Positions 26,609 through 36,368 of a DNA stretch of 64,000 bases are shown one piece after another (positions within the stretch are counted from its first letter, which is position 1; every line of letters begins with the position of its first letter). Both the position numbers and the translations under genes were made by a program. Location: the NCBI GenBank assembly GCA_945862265.1, contig CAMAXP010000004.1:36118-100117 (forward strand). The letters are read 5' to 3'. The notes beneath the pieces are model-generated. The model was not told the DNA's origin. It worked only from the letters and a program-made list of their open reading frames with translations, and did not search any database. The DNA is from Bordetella parapertussis (GTDB lineage: Bacteria; Pseudomonadota; Gammaproteobacteria; Burkholderiales; SG8-39).

Positions 26609-28062
26609 CACGGCAGGCTGTTCCTCAGGCGCTGCTTGTCGATCTTGCCGACGTTGGTGCGCGGCATCTCGGGGAGGACCACTATGGTCCTGGGCACCTT
26701 GTAGGGCGCGAGCTCCTTCGCGCACAGCGCGCGCAGGACCTCGGGTTCGATCGGGCTGCGGGTGGTGACGTACGCGATGACCTCTTCGCCGAGCTGCGCC
26801 GAGGGCGCGCCCACCACCGCGGCTTCGGCCACCTGCTCGTGGCCGAGCAGAACGCTCTCGATCTCGTTGGGGTACACGTTCACGCCGCCGCGGATGATCA
26901 TGTCTTTCTCGCGGCCGGTGAGGTAGACGAACCCGTCCACGTCGACATACCCCAGGTCGCCCGGCAGGTACCAGCCGTCGCGGAACGCGAGCGCGCTCGC
27001 TTCGGGGTCGCGGTAGAACTCCCGCGCGCTGCCGCCGCTGCGGTAGCAGATGCGGCCGATCTCGCCGCGCGGCAGGTCGTTGAAGTCCGCGTCCACGACG
27101 CGCACCTCGGTGCCCCAGACGATGGCGCCCGCGGAGCGGGATTTTTCCGGCGGGTGGGCCGAGGTCAGCGCGGAGATGCCGCTGCCTTCCGCCGAGCCGT
27201 AGAAGTTGATGATGTTGGGTGCGATCTTCTTCATCGCCAGTTCCCGGTCTTCGGGAAAGAGGGCCGCGCCGGTGGAGATCAGCACGCGCAGGTTCGGGTA
27301 GCAGTGCCCGTCGGCCGGGTTCGCGTCGATCAGGCGCCGTACGATGGTCGGCACGATGAAGGCGCTGGTGCAGCGGTAGTCGTTGACCTCGCCGATCAGC
27401 GTCGCGGCGCTCACCGGGGGCGGCAGCAGCACCACCGTGGAGCCTGCGTACAGCGCGCACAGCGAAAAGCCCCGGCTGCCGCTGAAGTACAGCGGCGAGG
27501 CGCAGGCGAAGCGGTCATGCTCGCTGAAGGTGAGCGTGATGTAGTAGATCAGGAAGCGATGGTAGAAATTGCGGTGCGTGAGCAACGGCCCCTTGGGCCG
27601 CCCGGTCGTGCCCGAGGAGAGCGACAGCACGAAGCCGAGGTCGGGGTCCGTGGGACTGTCCGGGAGCCGCGCGCGTGCGGCAGGGTCGATCTTCAGCGGC
27701 ACTTCGACCGCTTCGCACTCCACGCCGGCGATCGCGGGGTCGGTGGCGTCGATCAGCGTCAGGCGCGCGCCGAAGTGCTGCGCTACGCGCTGCTTCTCGC
27801 CTTCGGTCCAGCGTTTGTCCATCGGCAGGATCACCGCGCCGGCGCGCGCGATGCCCCACAGGAAAGCGAGGTGCTCCGGCGTGTCGCCGAGCGCGATGCC
27901 GACGATGTCGCCTTGCTTCACGCCGCGATCCAGCAGGCGCAGCGCGGCGGTGTCTACGGCGGCATCCAGTTCCGCGTAGCTCCACGTCCGGTCGCGTGCG
28001 ACGACCGCCGGGTGCTCCGGGCGGCGCCGCGCGTGGTGGCGGATCAGGTCTGCGAGGTTCAT
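26608..28062 (-). CDS. AMP-dependent acyl-CoA synthetase/ligase
   Basis: The adenylate-forming motif LSSGTTGRPKG is present. 484 aa. Confidence 0.9.
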   Translation of the reverse strand: MNLADLIRHHARRRPEHPAVVARDRTWSYAELDAAVDTAALRLLDRGVKQGDIVGIALGDTPEHLAFLWGIARAGAVILPMDKRWTEGEKQRVAQHFGARLTLIDATDPAIAGVECEAVEVPLKIDPAARARLPDSPTDPDLGFVLSLSSGTTGRPKGPLLTHRNFYHRFLIYYITLTFSEHDRFACASPLYFSGSRGFSLCALYAGSTVVLLPPPVSAATLIGEVNDYRCTSAFIVPTIVRRLIDANPADGHCYPNLRVLISTGAALFPEDRELAMKKIAPNIINFYGSAEGSGISALTSAHPPEKSRSAGAIVWGTEVRVVDADFNDLPRGEIGRICYRSGGSAREFYRDPEASALAFRDGWYLPGDLGYVDVDGFVYLTGREKDMIIRGGVNVYPNEIESVLLGHEQVAEAAVVGAPSAQLGEEVIAYVTTRSPIEPEVLRALCAKELAPYKVPRTIVVLPEMPRTNVGKIDKQRLRNSLP

Positions 28063-28066
28063 CGCG

Positions 28067-29242
28067 TCAGCCCACCCGCGCCGGCTGCTTGTCGGTGGCG
28101 CGCCGGTTGGCGTGGCGCGACACCAGGAGCTTCAGCACCTCGCTCGTGCCGTCGCCGATCTCGAAGAGCTTCGCCTCGCGGTACATCCGCTCGATCGGGT
28201 GCATCTTCAAGAGGCCGTGCCCGCCCATCATCTGCATGGCTTCGCCCGTGGCCTCGACGGCGACCCGGCTGGCGAAGATCTTTGCCATCGAGGCGGCGAC
28301 CGGTCCGTCCGGATGGCTTGCGTCGGCCATCGCTGCCGCGCGATAGGAGAGCTGCCGCGCGGCCTCGATCTTCGTGAGCATTTCCGCGACCTTGAAGCGG
28401 ATGCCCTGGAACGACGCGATGGTCTGCCCGAACTGTTTGCGCTCCACGGCGTACTGCAGCGCATAGTCCATCGCGGCCTGCGCCACGCCCACGCAGCGTG
28501 AGCCGTAGACCGCGCGGATCTTGGCGAAGTCTTTCTGGATGTACGAGAAGCCTTCGCCTTCGCCGCCGATCAGGTTCTCCTTGGGCACGCGGCAGTCGTC
28601 GAACACCACCTCCCAGATCGGGTTGGAGGTGTGGCCGATGGTCTCGAAGCGCTGGCCGATCTGCAGGCCCTTGGTGCCCTTCTCCACCAGCACGATGGAG
28701 ATGCCCTTGCCGCGCGGGGCGTCGGCCTGCGAGCGCGCGAAGACGATGATCACGTCGGCGCGGTGCGCGTTGCTGATGAAGATCTTCTGGCCGCGCAGCA
28801 CGTAGCCGTCGCCGTCGCGGGTCACGCGCGTGGTGATGTTGGCGGCATCCGACCCGCCGGCGGGCTCCGTGAGCGCAAACGAGGGGATCACCGTGCCGTT
28901 GCAGATGCCGCCGAGGTACTTGCGCTTCTGCTCGGCCGAGCCGGCGGCCAGCAGCGGGCCGGTGGCGAGGTTCATTGCGAAGATCGTCGAGGAGAACCAG
29001 CCTGCGGCGAGTTCCTCGAGGATCACCGCGCAGGACAGCGTGTCGAGGCCCTGGCCGCCGTATTCGGTGGGTACATCAAGACCCAGCAGCCCGTGCCTGG
29101 CCATTTCCTGCAGGGCGCTGGCCGGGAAGTCGATGCCTTCGCGCTCGGTTTTCGCGGCTTCCGCGACGAGGTAGCCCTGGGCGAATCTGCGGGTGGCTTC
29201 GCGCAGGGCCTTCTGGTCCCCGTTCAGTTCGTACTGTGACAT
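28067..29242 (-). CDS. acyl-CoA dehydrogenase
   Basis: 391 aa with an ACAD fold. The C-terminal catalytic region is IGDGTSEV. Confidence 0.9.
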   Translation of the reverse strand: MSQYELNGDQKALREATRRFAQGYLVAEAAKTEREGIDFPASALQEMARHGLLGLDVPTEYGGQGLDTLSCAVILEELAAGWFSSTIFAMNLATGPLLAAGSAEQKRKYLGGICNGTVIPSFALTEPAGGSDAANITTRVTRDGDGYVLRGQKIFISNAHRADVIIVFARSQADAPRGKGISIVLVEKGTKGLQIGQRFETIGHTSNPIWEVVFDDCRVPKENLIGGEGEGFSYIQKDFAKIRAVYGSRCVGVAQAAMDYALQYAVERKQFGQTIASFQGIRFKVAEMLTKIEAARQLSYRAAAMADASHPDGPVAASMAKIFASRVAVEATGEAMQMMGGHGLLKMHPIERMYREAKLFEIGDGTSEVLKLLVSRHANRRATDKQPARVG

Positions 29243-29351
29243 TTACATCCTTCTGCCGAGTTGGCCGGTTGTGAAACGAATCAGGGTTCCCCGCGCAGCG
29301 CGCCGCCGTTCGCATAAACTGGTGCGACGAAAACGCGAGAGGAGTCGGGGC

Positions 29352-29798
29352 ATGTCATCCATGTATTTCGAGGACTTCGAGGTCGGGCGCCGCTATCCCA
29401 CCTACACGCGCACGATCACCGAGGCGGACCTGGTGATGTTCTGCGCGCTGGTCGGCTACCACACGCCGATGTTCATCGACGAGCACTACGCGAAGAAGAC
29501 CCGCTTCGGCGGGCGCATCGTGCCGAGCTCGCTCACGATGAGTTTCTCCACGGCGATGACGGAATCGTTCTTCCGCACGACGATCGTCGCGCACCTGTCG
29601 AGCGACAAGGCGACCTTCCATGCACCGGTGCGGCCGGGCGACACGATCGGCACCGAGGTCGAAGTCGTGAGCAAGGAGTCCAAATCCCCGCGCAGCGGCA
29701 TCGTATTGTTCAAGGACCACGTCACCAACCACGACGGCACGCTGGTCTACTCGGTGGAAAAGAGGGTGCTCATTTCCAAGCGTCCGCCCGCCGGCTGA
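29352..29798 (+). CDS. MaoC-like (R)-hydratase / dehydratase
   Basis: Internal ATG at 29352: MSSMYFEDFEVGRRY...TITEADLVMFCALVGYHTPMFIDEHYA has the hot-dog fold pattern. It is the only plus-strand gene in the array. Confidence 0.8.
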   Translation: MSSMYFEDFEVGRRYPTYTRTITEADLVMFCALVGYHTPMFIDEHYAKKTRFGGRIVPSSLTMSFSTAMTESFFRTTIVAHLSSDKATFHAPVRPGDTIGTEVEVVSKESKSPRSGIVLFKDHVTNHDGTLVYSVEKRVLISKRPPAG

Positions 29799-29803
29799 TA
29801 CGT

Positions 29804-30964
29804 TCATGCGGCAGGCAGGCCGAGCACGCGCTTGGCCAGCAGGTTTTTCTGCACTTCGGTGCTGCCGCTGTAGATCGTCGACGGCCGTGAACGGTAATAG
29901 AGGCGCAGCGCGGTGAGGCTGCCGGACACGTCCATGCCGTCCGCCTCCACGCCTTCCTCCCCCGACACCTCAAGGAACAGTTCCGAGAGCCGCTGGTAGG
30001 TTTCGGTCGACCAGATCTTCAGCATCGAGACTTCCGGTCCCGGCGTGCGGCCGGTCTTCAGCAGGCCGCAGAAGTGCCGGTACGCGCAGTACTGGTCGTG
30101 CAGGCCGAGGCGCAGCCTCGTGATCCGGTCGGCGAAGGCCGGGTCCGCGGAGAGCCCCTTCTTCTTCGCGTATTCGTCGAGCTGGTTCAACGCGTACAGC
30201 GCGAGCTTGGGGCTGCCGTTGTTGATGCGCTCGAACTCGAGCAGGTCCTTGGCCGCGGACCAGCCGCCGTGCAGCGGCCCGACGACGTTGGCGGCCGGCA
30301 CGCGCACGTTGTCGAAGAACACCTCGCCCAGCTCGTCGTGGCCGGCGATGGTCTTGATCAGCCGGCGCTGGATGCCGGGCGTGTCGAGGTTGACGAGGAA
30401 CAGGGTGATGCCGGCCTGCTTTTTGCCTTCCTTGCTGGTGCGCGCCAGCAGGAACATGTGCGTGGCGTCATCCAGGAACGTGGTCCAGGTCTTGTGGCCG
30501 TTGACGATGTAGTGGTCGCCCGCATTGTCGGACCCAGGGAGGGCCGAGGTCCGCAGGCTGGCGAGGTCGGACCCGGCGCCGGGCTCCGAATAGCCCTGTG
30601 ACCAGCGGTGCTCGCCCGACAGGATCTTCGGCAGGTACTCGCGCTTCTGCTCGTCGGTGCCGTGCCGGATCAGGATGGGGCCGAGCATGAAGAGGCCCAT
30701 GTCGTAGAGGCGCGGTACGCCCCAGCGCTCCAGTTCCTCGAAGTAGATGATCAGCTTCGACGCAGTGAGGCCCATGCCGCCGTGGGCCACGGGCCAGTTC
30801 GGCGCGATCCAGCCCTTGGCCGACAGCGTGAGGAACCACTCGCGCGTGGTTTCCCATCGCGGGATGCGGCGCGGATGGTTGCGCAGCGCCGGCGGGAACT
30901 GGCTTTCCACGAAGCCGCGGACCTCGGCGCGGAAATCGGCATCGCTCGTCGTGTTCCAGTCCAT
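29804..30964 (-). CDS. acyl-CoA dehydrogenase
   Basis: 386 aa with an ACAD fold. The C-terminal motif is IYSGSTEVQKN. Confidence 0.85.
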   Translation of the reverse strand: MDWNTTSDADFRAEVRGFVESQFPPALRNHPRRIPRWETTREWFLTLSAKGWIAPNWPVAHGGMGLTASKLIIYFEELERWGVPRLYDMGLFMLGPILIRHGTDEQKREYLPKILSGEHRWSQGYSEPGAGSDLASLRTSALPGSDNAGDHYIVNGHKTWTTFLDDATHMFLLARTSKEGKKQAGITLFLVNLDTPGIQRRLIKTIAGHDELGEVFFDNVRVPAANVVGPLHGGWSAAKDLLEFERINNGSPKLALYALNQLDEYAKKKGLSADPAFADRITRLRLGLHDQYCAYRHFCGLLKTGRTPGPEVSMLKIWSTETYQRLSELFLEVSGEEGVEADGMDVSGSLTALRLYYRSRPSTIYSGSTEVQKNLLAKRVLGLPAA

Positions 30965-30968
30965 GCGC

Positions 30969-32120
30969 CTAGGCCTCGATGCCTGCGGATTCGAGCGCCG
31001 CGTAGCGCCGCCGATGCCACTCGGCCCCGCCCAACCACGCGGACAGCACCAGGATGCGCTTCACATACAGCCCGAGGTCGTACTCGTCGCTGAAGCCGAT
31101 GCCGCCATGCATCTGGATGCCTTCCTTGGCGATGCGCAGCGCGGCGTCCGATGCGCGCGCCTTGGCGCGGCTCGCGTAGGCCGCAAGCGTCTCGGCGGGC
31201 ACCTCCGCGGTCGTGGCGTCGATCGCCTCGCCCAAGAGGAACCTCGTGATCTGCGCGTGGTTGTAGAGCTCCACTGCGCGGTGCTGCAGCGCCTGGAACG
31301 CACCCAGGGGCTTGTCGAACTGGACCCGTGTGTTGAGGTACTCGAGCGTCAGCTCAAGGATGCGCGATTGCAGGCCGTGGAGCAGGCCGGCGACGCAGAG
31401 GTTGGCGAGGTCCAGGGCGCGGGTCAGCGCCGGAAGGCAGTCGGGACCGCGGGCAAGGATGTCGCTGTCGGCGAGCAGCGTGTCGAACTCGAGGTCCGAC
31501 CAGCAGGTTCCGTCCGCGAGGGCTTTGTCGTGCCGTTGCGCCTTGGAGGAGGGAACGCACACGAGGGTGGGCTTGCCCTCCAGTGTCGCGAGCACCGCCA
31601 GGCGGGTGCTGGCGCGGGCGCCCATCACGAAGCGCTTGGTGCCCTTGAGGCGCAATCCTGCGCCTTCGCAGGTCAGGGTGGTGGCGATGGATCCTTCCGA
31701 GGGCAGGTCGAACGCGCCTTCCTGCCACGCGACGCACAGGATCTCGCCGTTGCCGGAAGCCTCAAGCAGGGCGGCTACACTTGGTTGTGCCGGCAGCGCC
31801 ATCAGTAACGCGACGGGCAGCACGATGTTTTCTGCATAGGGTTCGCGTGCCAGCGCATGGCCCAGACGTTCGGCCACCAGCGCGACGACGCCGGGCGGGA
31901 GGCCCGAGCCTCCCTGCGCCTCCGGCACCACCGCCTGCGCGAGGCCGAGGACTGCGAGACCGCCATAGGCCGCAACGTCGACCGCTGCGTCGGCGCTGTT
32001 GCGCGCCTGCCGGAAGCGGGCCGGTCCCGAGGCCGCGAGCAGGTAGCGGTCCACCGCATCGATCGTGGCGGCGATGTCGGGCTCGCGCGCGGTGGCGCTG
32101 GCCTCCTTCAGCGAGTACAA
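30969..32120 (-). CDS. acyl-CoA dehydrogenase family protein (divergent)
   Basis: 383 aa with an ACAD-like C-terminal half (IQMHGGIGFSDEYDLGLYVKR). The canonical YEGTSEIQ segment is degenerate (AWLGGAEWHRRR). Confidence 0.7.
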   Translation of the reverse strand: MYSLKEASATAREPDIAATIDAVDRYLLAASGPARFRQARNSADAAVDVAAYGGLAVLGLAQAVVPEAQGGSGLPPGVVALVAERLGHALAREPYAENIVLPVALLMALPAQPSVAALLEASGNGEILCVAWQEGAFDLPSEGSIATTLTCEGAGLRLKGTKRFVMGARASTRLAVLATLEGKPTLVCVPSSKAQRHDKALADGTCWSDLEFDTLLADSDILARGPDCLPALTRALDLANLCVAGLLHGLQSRILELTLEYLNTRVQFDKPLGAFQALQHRAVELYNHAQITRFLLGEAIDATTAEVPAETLAAYASRAKARASDAALRIAKEGIQMHGGIGFSDEYDLGLYVKRILVLSAWLGGAEWHRRRYAALESAGIEA

Positions 32121-32130
32121 GCCTTGCGCC

Positions 32131-33102
32131 TCATTCCGCCCGGATGCCGGCTTCCTTCACCACGCGCCCGATCGCCTCGTATTGCGCGTCGACGAACTTG
32201 CGCAGTTCTTCGGGCGTGGAGGCCACGACGATCACGCCGAGCGACTGCATGCGCTTCTCGACTTCAGGCACGCGCGACGCGCGCGTGAACTCGGCGTGCA
32301 GTTTCTGGATGATCGCGGCGGGCGTGTTAAGCGGCGCCATCAGGGCATACCAATTGGAGGCCTCGTAGCCGGGGTAGCCCTGCTCCGCCACCGTGGTGAC
32401 CTCGGGCAGGAGCGGGGAGCGCATCGCGGTGCTCAGCGCCAGCGGGCGCATCTTGCCGCTGGTGATGAACGGCGTGGCCGTGGTGATCGAGTCGAAGATG
32501 AAGTCGAGGTTCCCGGCGAGCAGGTCCTGCGTCGCGGCCGAGCCCTTGTAGGGCACGTGCGTCGCGCGGATCTTTGCCTGGTAGAGGAAGAGTTCCGTCG
32601 CCATGTGGTTCGAGGTGCCGATGCCGGGCGTGCCGTAACTGAGCTTGCCGGGATTGGCCCTGGCTGCGGCTACGAGGTCTGCCAGCGATTTGTAGGGCGA
32701 TTGCGTCGGCACGATCACCACCAGCGGGACGATGCCGATGAGGCTCACCGGGACCAGGTCCTTGTAGCCGTACGGCATCGACTTGTTGAGGTGGTGGTTG
32801 ATCACCGCAGACCCGGGCGCGGCCCAGTGCAGCGAATAGCCGTCCGGCGCGGCCTTGGCTGTGGCTTCGCCGGCGATGTTGCCGCCCGCGCCGGCCTTGT
32901 TGTCCACGATCACTGGTTGCGGCACGGTCTTGGACACCTCGGCTGCGACGATGCGTGCGATCACGTCGATGCCCGTCCCGGGCGTGAAGCCTACATAGAG
33001 GCGGATCGGGCGGTTCGGGAAGTCCTGGGCGCATGCCGCGCCCGAAATGACGACCGCGCATCCGGCCAGCAGCAACGTCAGCAGGCGGCGTAGCATGATC
33101 AT
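32131..33102 (-). CDS. Bug/TctC-family substrate-binding protein
   Basis: Trimmed to MIMLRRLLTLLLAGCAVVISGAACAQDFPNRPIRLYVGFTPGTGID... Confidence 0.85.
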   Translation of the reverse strand: MIMLRRLLTLLLAGCAVVISGAACAQDFPNRPIRLYVGFTPGTGIDVIARIVAAEVSKTVPQPVIVDNKAGAGGNIAGEATAKAAPDGYSLHWAAPGSAVINHHLNKSMPYGYKDLVPVSLIGIVPLVVIVPTQSPYKSLADLVAAARANPGKLSYGTPGIGTSNHMATELFLYQAKIRATHVPYKGSAATQDLLAGNLDFIFDSITTATPFITSGKMRPLALSTAMRSPLLPEVTTVAEQGYPGYEASNWYALMAPLNTPAAIIQKLHAEFTRASRVPEVEKRMQSLGVIVVASTPEELRKFVDAQYEAIGRVVKEAGIRAE

Positions 33103-33446
33103 CCCTCCTTGTCGGCGGCGAGCATGCGCTTCAGCCGCTCGAGAAAGAACGGCGCGCATTTCATCATGCGGGTTTCCATCTTCATGATGAGCGGGTGGAT
33201 CTTGGGCCGGTAGGATTGCCACTCGGGATCGGCAAACAGCGCGATGCGGCAGCGCTCGCGCTGGTTGAGGTCGTCGTAGGCCCACATGTGGACCACCATG
33301 TTCTGCGGTCCGATCTCCGGTGTGTAATAGCCGAGCATGTGCGGCTGGTGGCGCAACTGCACCGGCATGCCGTGGGTCTCGTAGTGGTGGAAATACTCCG
33401 GCACCTTGCCGGGATGCAGTTGGTACATGCGTTCTTCAACGTACAT
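33099..33446 (-). CDS. NIPSNAP family protein
   Basis: Trimmed to MYVEERMYQLHPGKVPEYFHHYETHGMPVQLRH...VHMWAYDDLNQRE, a dimeric alpha-beta-barrel pattern. Confidence 0.6.
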   Translation of the reverse strand: MYVEERMYQLHPGKVPEYFHHYETHGMPVQLRHQPHMLGYYTPEIGPQNMVVHMWAYDDLNQRERCRIALFADPEWQSYRPKIHPLIMKMETRMMKCAPFFLERLKRMLAADKEG

Positions 33447-33459
33447 TGCGGGTCTCCCG

Positions 33460-34461
33460 TTAGTCGAGCTTGATACCGGCTTCGGCGACGATCCGCTTCC
33501 ACTTGGCGGCATCGCGCTGCAGCGTCGCCGAGAGCTGGGCCGGCGTCATGCCCTGCGGCTCCAGGCTCATTGAGGCGATCTTTTCCTTGACGTCCGGCAG
33601 GTTCAGCGCGCGGCCGAACTCGCGCGACAGCAGCGCGACGCTGTCGGGTGCCATGCCGGCCGGGCCGATGAACGCGTGCCAGGTCCCGGCATCAAACCCG
33701 GGCAGGCCGGACTCGGCGACCGTCGGGAGGTCGGGCAGGACGGCCGAACGCGCGCTGCCCGCCGTCGCGATCAGCCGAAGCTTCCCCGCCTTGGCCGGCG
33801 CGAGGAAGACCGAAATCGAATTGAACATCAGGTCGACCTGGCCCGCGATCAGGTCCGCGGCGGCCGGCGCTGCACCCTTGTAGGGGACGTGCGTCATTTT
33901 CGTGCCGGCGATCGAATTGAACAGCTCGCCCGTCAGGTGCGAGACCGAGCCGGTGCCGAACGAGGCCATGTTGAGCCCGCCGGGTTTCGCTTTCGCCAGC
34001 GCGATCAATTCGCGCACGCTGGCGGCTTTGACCGACGGATGCACGGCAAGGCCCATCGGCTCGAGCGCGATGATCCCGATCGGCGAGAAATCCTTGACCG
34101 GGTCGAAGGACACCTTGCTGACCGCGGGATTCGCGGCGAGCGAACTGGCGGTCGCGATCGCCAGCGTGTAGCCGTCGGGAGCTGAGCGCGCCACGTGCGT
34201 CAGGCCGATCGCGCCGGTAGCACCCGCCTTGTTGTCGACCAGCACCGGCTGCTTCACTGCATCGGAGACTTTCTGGCCGAGCATGCGCGCGAGGATGTCG
34301 GTGGCGCCCCCGGGCGGGAAGGGGACGATGATCGTGATCGGCTTCTCGGGGTAGGCTTGGGCACTGGTCTGGAGCGGGAGTGAAATGGTGAAGGCGGCAC
34401 AAAGGGTCGCGCCAAAGGTCGCCCAACGGCCCCGCGCCTTGCCGGACAGGAAAGCCATCAT
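33460..34461 (-). CDS. Bug/TctC-family substrate-binding protein
   Basis: Signal peptide, then YPEKPITIIVPFPPGGATD. Confidence 0.85.
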   Translation of the reverse strand: MMAFLSGKARGRWATFGATLCAAFTISLPLQTSAQAYPEKPITIIVPFPPGGATDILARMLGQKVSDAVKQPVLVDNKAGATGAIGLTHVARSAPDGYTLAIATASSLAANPAVSKVSFDPVKDFSPIGIIALEPMGLAVHPSVKAASVRELIALAKAKPGGLNMASFGTGSVSHLTGELFNSIAGTKMTHVPYKGAAPAAADLIAGQVDLMFNSISVFLAPAKAGKLRLIATAGSARSAVLPDLPTVAESGLPGFDAGTWHAFIGPAGMAPDSVALLSREFGRALNLPDVKEKIASMSLEPQGMTPAQLSATLQRDAAKWKRIVAEAGIKLD

Positions 34462-35444
34462 TCAGCCTTGAGGTTGCCGGCCTTGATGACGCGCGTCCAC
34501 TTCTCGGTCTCGGACGCGAAGTACTTTGCGGCGTAATCGGTGCCGCCGCCGACCGCGGACATGCCGAGGTCCTTGAGCTTGGCCTGCACTTCCGGGTTGG
34601 AGAGCACCGTGTTCAGGCCGGCATTGAGCTTCTGCACGACTGGCCCGGGCACTTTTGCCGAGGTGGCGACGGTGAACCACGCGGTGGACTCGTACCCCGG
34701 CACGCCGGACTCGGCGATCGTCGGCACGTTGGGCAGGGCGGGCGCGCGGTTCTTGCCGGTGACCCCGAGCGGCCGCAGGCGGCCCGAAGTGATTTGCGGC
34801 AGGATCGTCGGCAATTGCTCGAACATCGCCTGCGTCTGGCCGCCCATGACGTCCTGCACTGCCGGCATGCTGCCCTTGTACGGGATATGGGTCAGCTTCA
34901 CGCCCGCGACCAGCTGGAAGAGTTCGCCGGTCATGTGGGTCGAGGAGCCCGAACCGGCCGAGCCGAAGTTGATCTCGCCGGGCTTGGCCTTGGCCATCGC
35001 CACAAAGTCCTGGACGGTCTTGGCCGGGAAGGCGGGGTTCACCACCAGCGCCAGGGGCAGGTCGACGGCAACGAGGATCGGCTGCAGGTCCTTTGTGGGG
35101 TCGTACGGGAGCTTCGCGTACAGCGCATGCGCCGCGTGGATGCCGATGGTGCCGAGGAGCAGCGTGTAGCCGTCCGGCGGCGCCTTGGCGACGAACTCCG
35201 CGCCGAGGTGGGCGCCGGCGCCGGGCTTGTTTTCCACGATGACCGGCTGGTTGTAGAGCGGCGAGAGGTACTGCGCCAGCAGCCGCGCCAGGATCGAGGT
35301 CGAGCCCGCCGGCGTGAACGGCACGATCATGTGGATCGGCTTGTCGGGAAAGGCCTGCGCGCCGGCGGTGGCGGACAGCGCAAGGGCGCAGGCCGCGAGG
35401 CCTGCCTTGAGGAGGGTGCGGCGGCCGGATTTGCGTAGCGACAT
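34458..35444 (-). CDS. Bug/TctC-family substrate-binding protein (Tat-like signal)
   Basis: Trimmed to MSLRKSGRRTLLKAGLAACALALSATAGAQAFPDKPIHMIVPFTPAGS. The SGRRTLLK stretch resembles a twin-arginine motif. Confidence 0.8.
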   Translation of the reverse strand: MSLRKSGRRTLLKAGLAACALALSATAGAQAFPDKPIHMIVPFTPAGSTSILARLLAQYLSPLYNQPVIVENKPGAGAHLGAEFVAKAPPDGYTLLLGTIGIHAAHALYAKLPYDPTKDLQPILVAVDLPLALVVNPAFPAKTVQDFVAMAKAKPGEINFGSAGSGSSTHMTGELFQLVAGVKLTHIPYKGSMPAVQDVMGGQTQAMFEQLPTILPQITSGRLRPLGVTGKNRAPALPNVPTIAESGVPGYESTAWFTVATSAKVPGPVVQKLNAGLNTVLSNPEVQAKLKDLGMSAVGGGTDYAAKYFASETEKWTRVIKAGNLKAE

Positions 35445-35560
35445 GACGGAGGGTCCTCGGTCGGGGGCCACGCTGCATGTATCAAAAAATGAAACACACT
35501 GTGGCTACTTGTATCTTATTTGTACCCCCCACCTGCCGTCAACGCCGCGGCAGTTTTGTT

Positions 35561-36352
35561 TCACCCGATGGACGGGTCCCACTTCTTCATCCACCCGAAG
35601 CTCTGGTTCGTGGTCGCGGTGGACGGCTCGTAGTCGCAGCCGATCCAGCCCTGGTACCCGGCGGTCTCGATGACGCCGAGCACGTGGTCGTAGTTGATCT
35701 CGCCGGTGCCCGGCTCGGCGCGGCTCGGCACGTCGGCCACCTGCATGTGCCAGATCTGCGGCAGGTACTTGCGGATCGTGTTGGTCAGGTCGCCTTCCAT
35801 CAGCTGTGCCTGGTACACGTCGTATTCAATCCCGAGGTTGTCGGCGCCCACGTCGCGGATGATGTCGGCCGCCTGGTCCGTGCGGGTCAGGAACACGCCC
35901 GGCGAGTTGTAGGTGTTCACCGGCTCGATCACGAGGCGGATGTCGTGCTTCTTGAGTTCGGCCGCCGCGTACTTGAGGTTGTTCACGAAGGTTTGGCGCA
36001 CCAGCTTGAGGTCGGTGCCTTTCGGCGGCACCCCGCCCAGCAGGTTGATGCGCTTGCAGTTGAGCGCGATCGCGTAGTCGATGGTGGTCGCGATGCCTTC
36101 GCGCAGTTCCGCCTCGCGGCCCGGCAGGCAGCCGATGCCGCGCTCGCCGCCGGCCCAGTCCCCCGCCGGCGCGTTGAAGAGCGCGACTTCCATCCTGCTG
36201 TCTTTGAGCGCCGCGACCACGTCCGCCTTGCCGTAGGCGAACGGGTCCTTGAATTCACAGCCCTTGAATCCGGCCTTGGCGGCGAGGCCGAATCGTTCAA
36301 GGAAGCCGGCCTCGTTGTAGAGCATCGTGAGGTTGGCGGAAAATTTCAGCAT
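35561..36352 (-). CDS. hyi: hydroxypyruvate isomerase family protein (Hyi/OtnI-like)
   Basis: MLKFSANLTMLYNE...PAGDWAGGERGIGCLPGRE...GTGEINYD aligns closely in pattern with E. coli Hyi. Confidence 0.8.
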   Translation of the reverse strand: MLKFSANLTMLYNEAGFLERFGLAAKAGFKGCEFKDPFAYGKADVVAALKDSRMEVALFNAPAGDWAGGERGIGCLPGREAELREGIATTIDYAIALNCKRINLLGGVPPKGTDLKLVRQTFVNNLKYAAAELKKHDIRLVIEPVNTYNSPGVFLTRTDQAADIIRDVGADNLGIEYDVYQAQLMEGDLTNTIRKYLPQIWHMQVADVPSRAEPGTGEINYDHVLGVIETAGYQGWIGCDYEPSTATTNQSFGWMKKWDPSIG

Positions 36353-36368
36353 GGGGTGCTCCTGGGGG

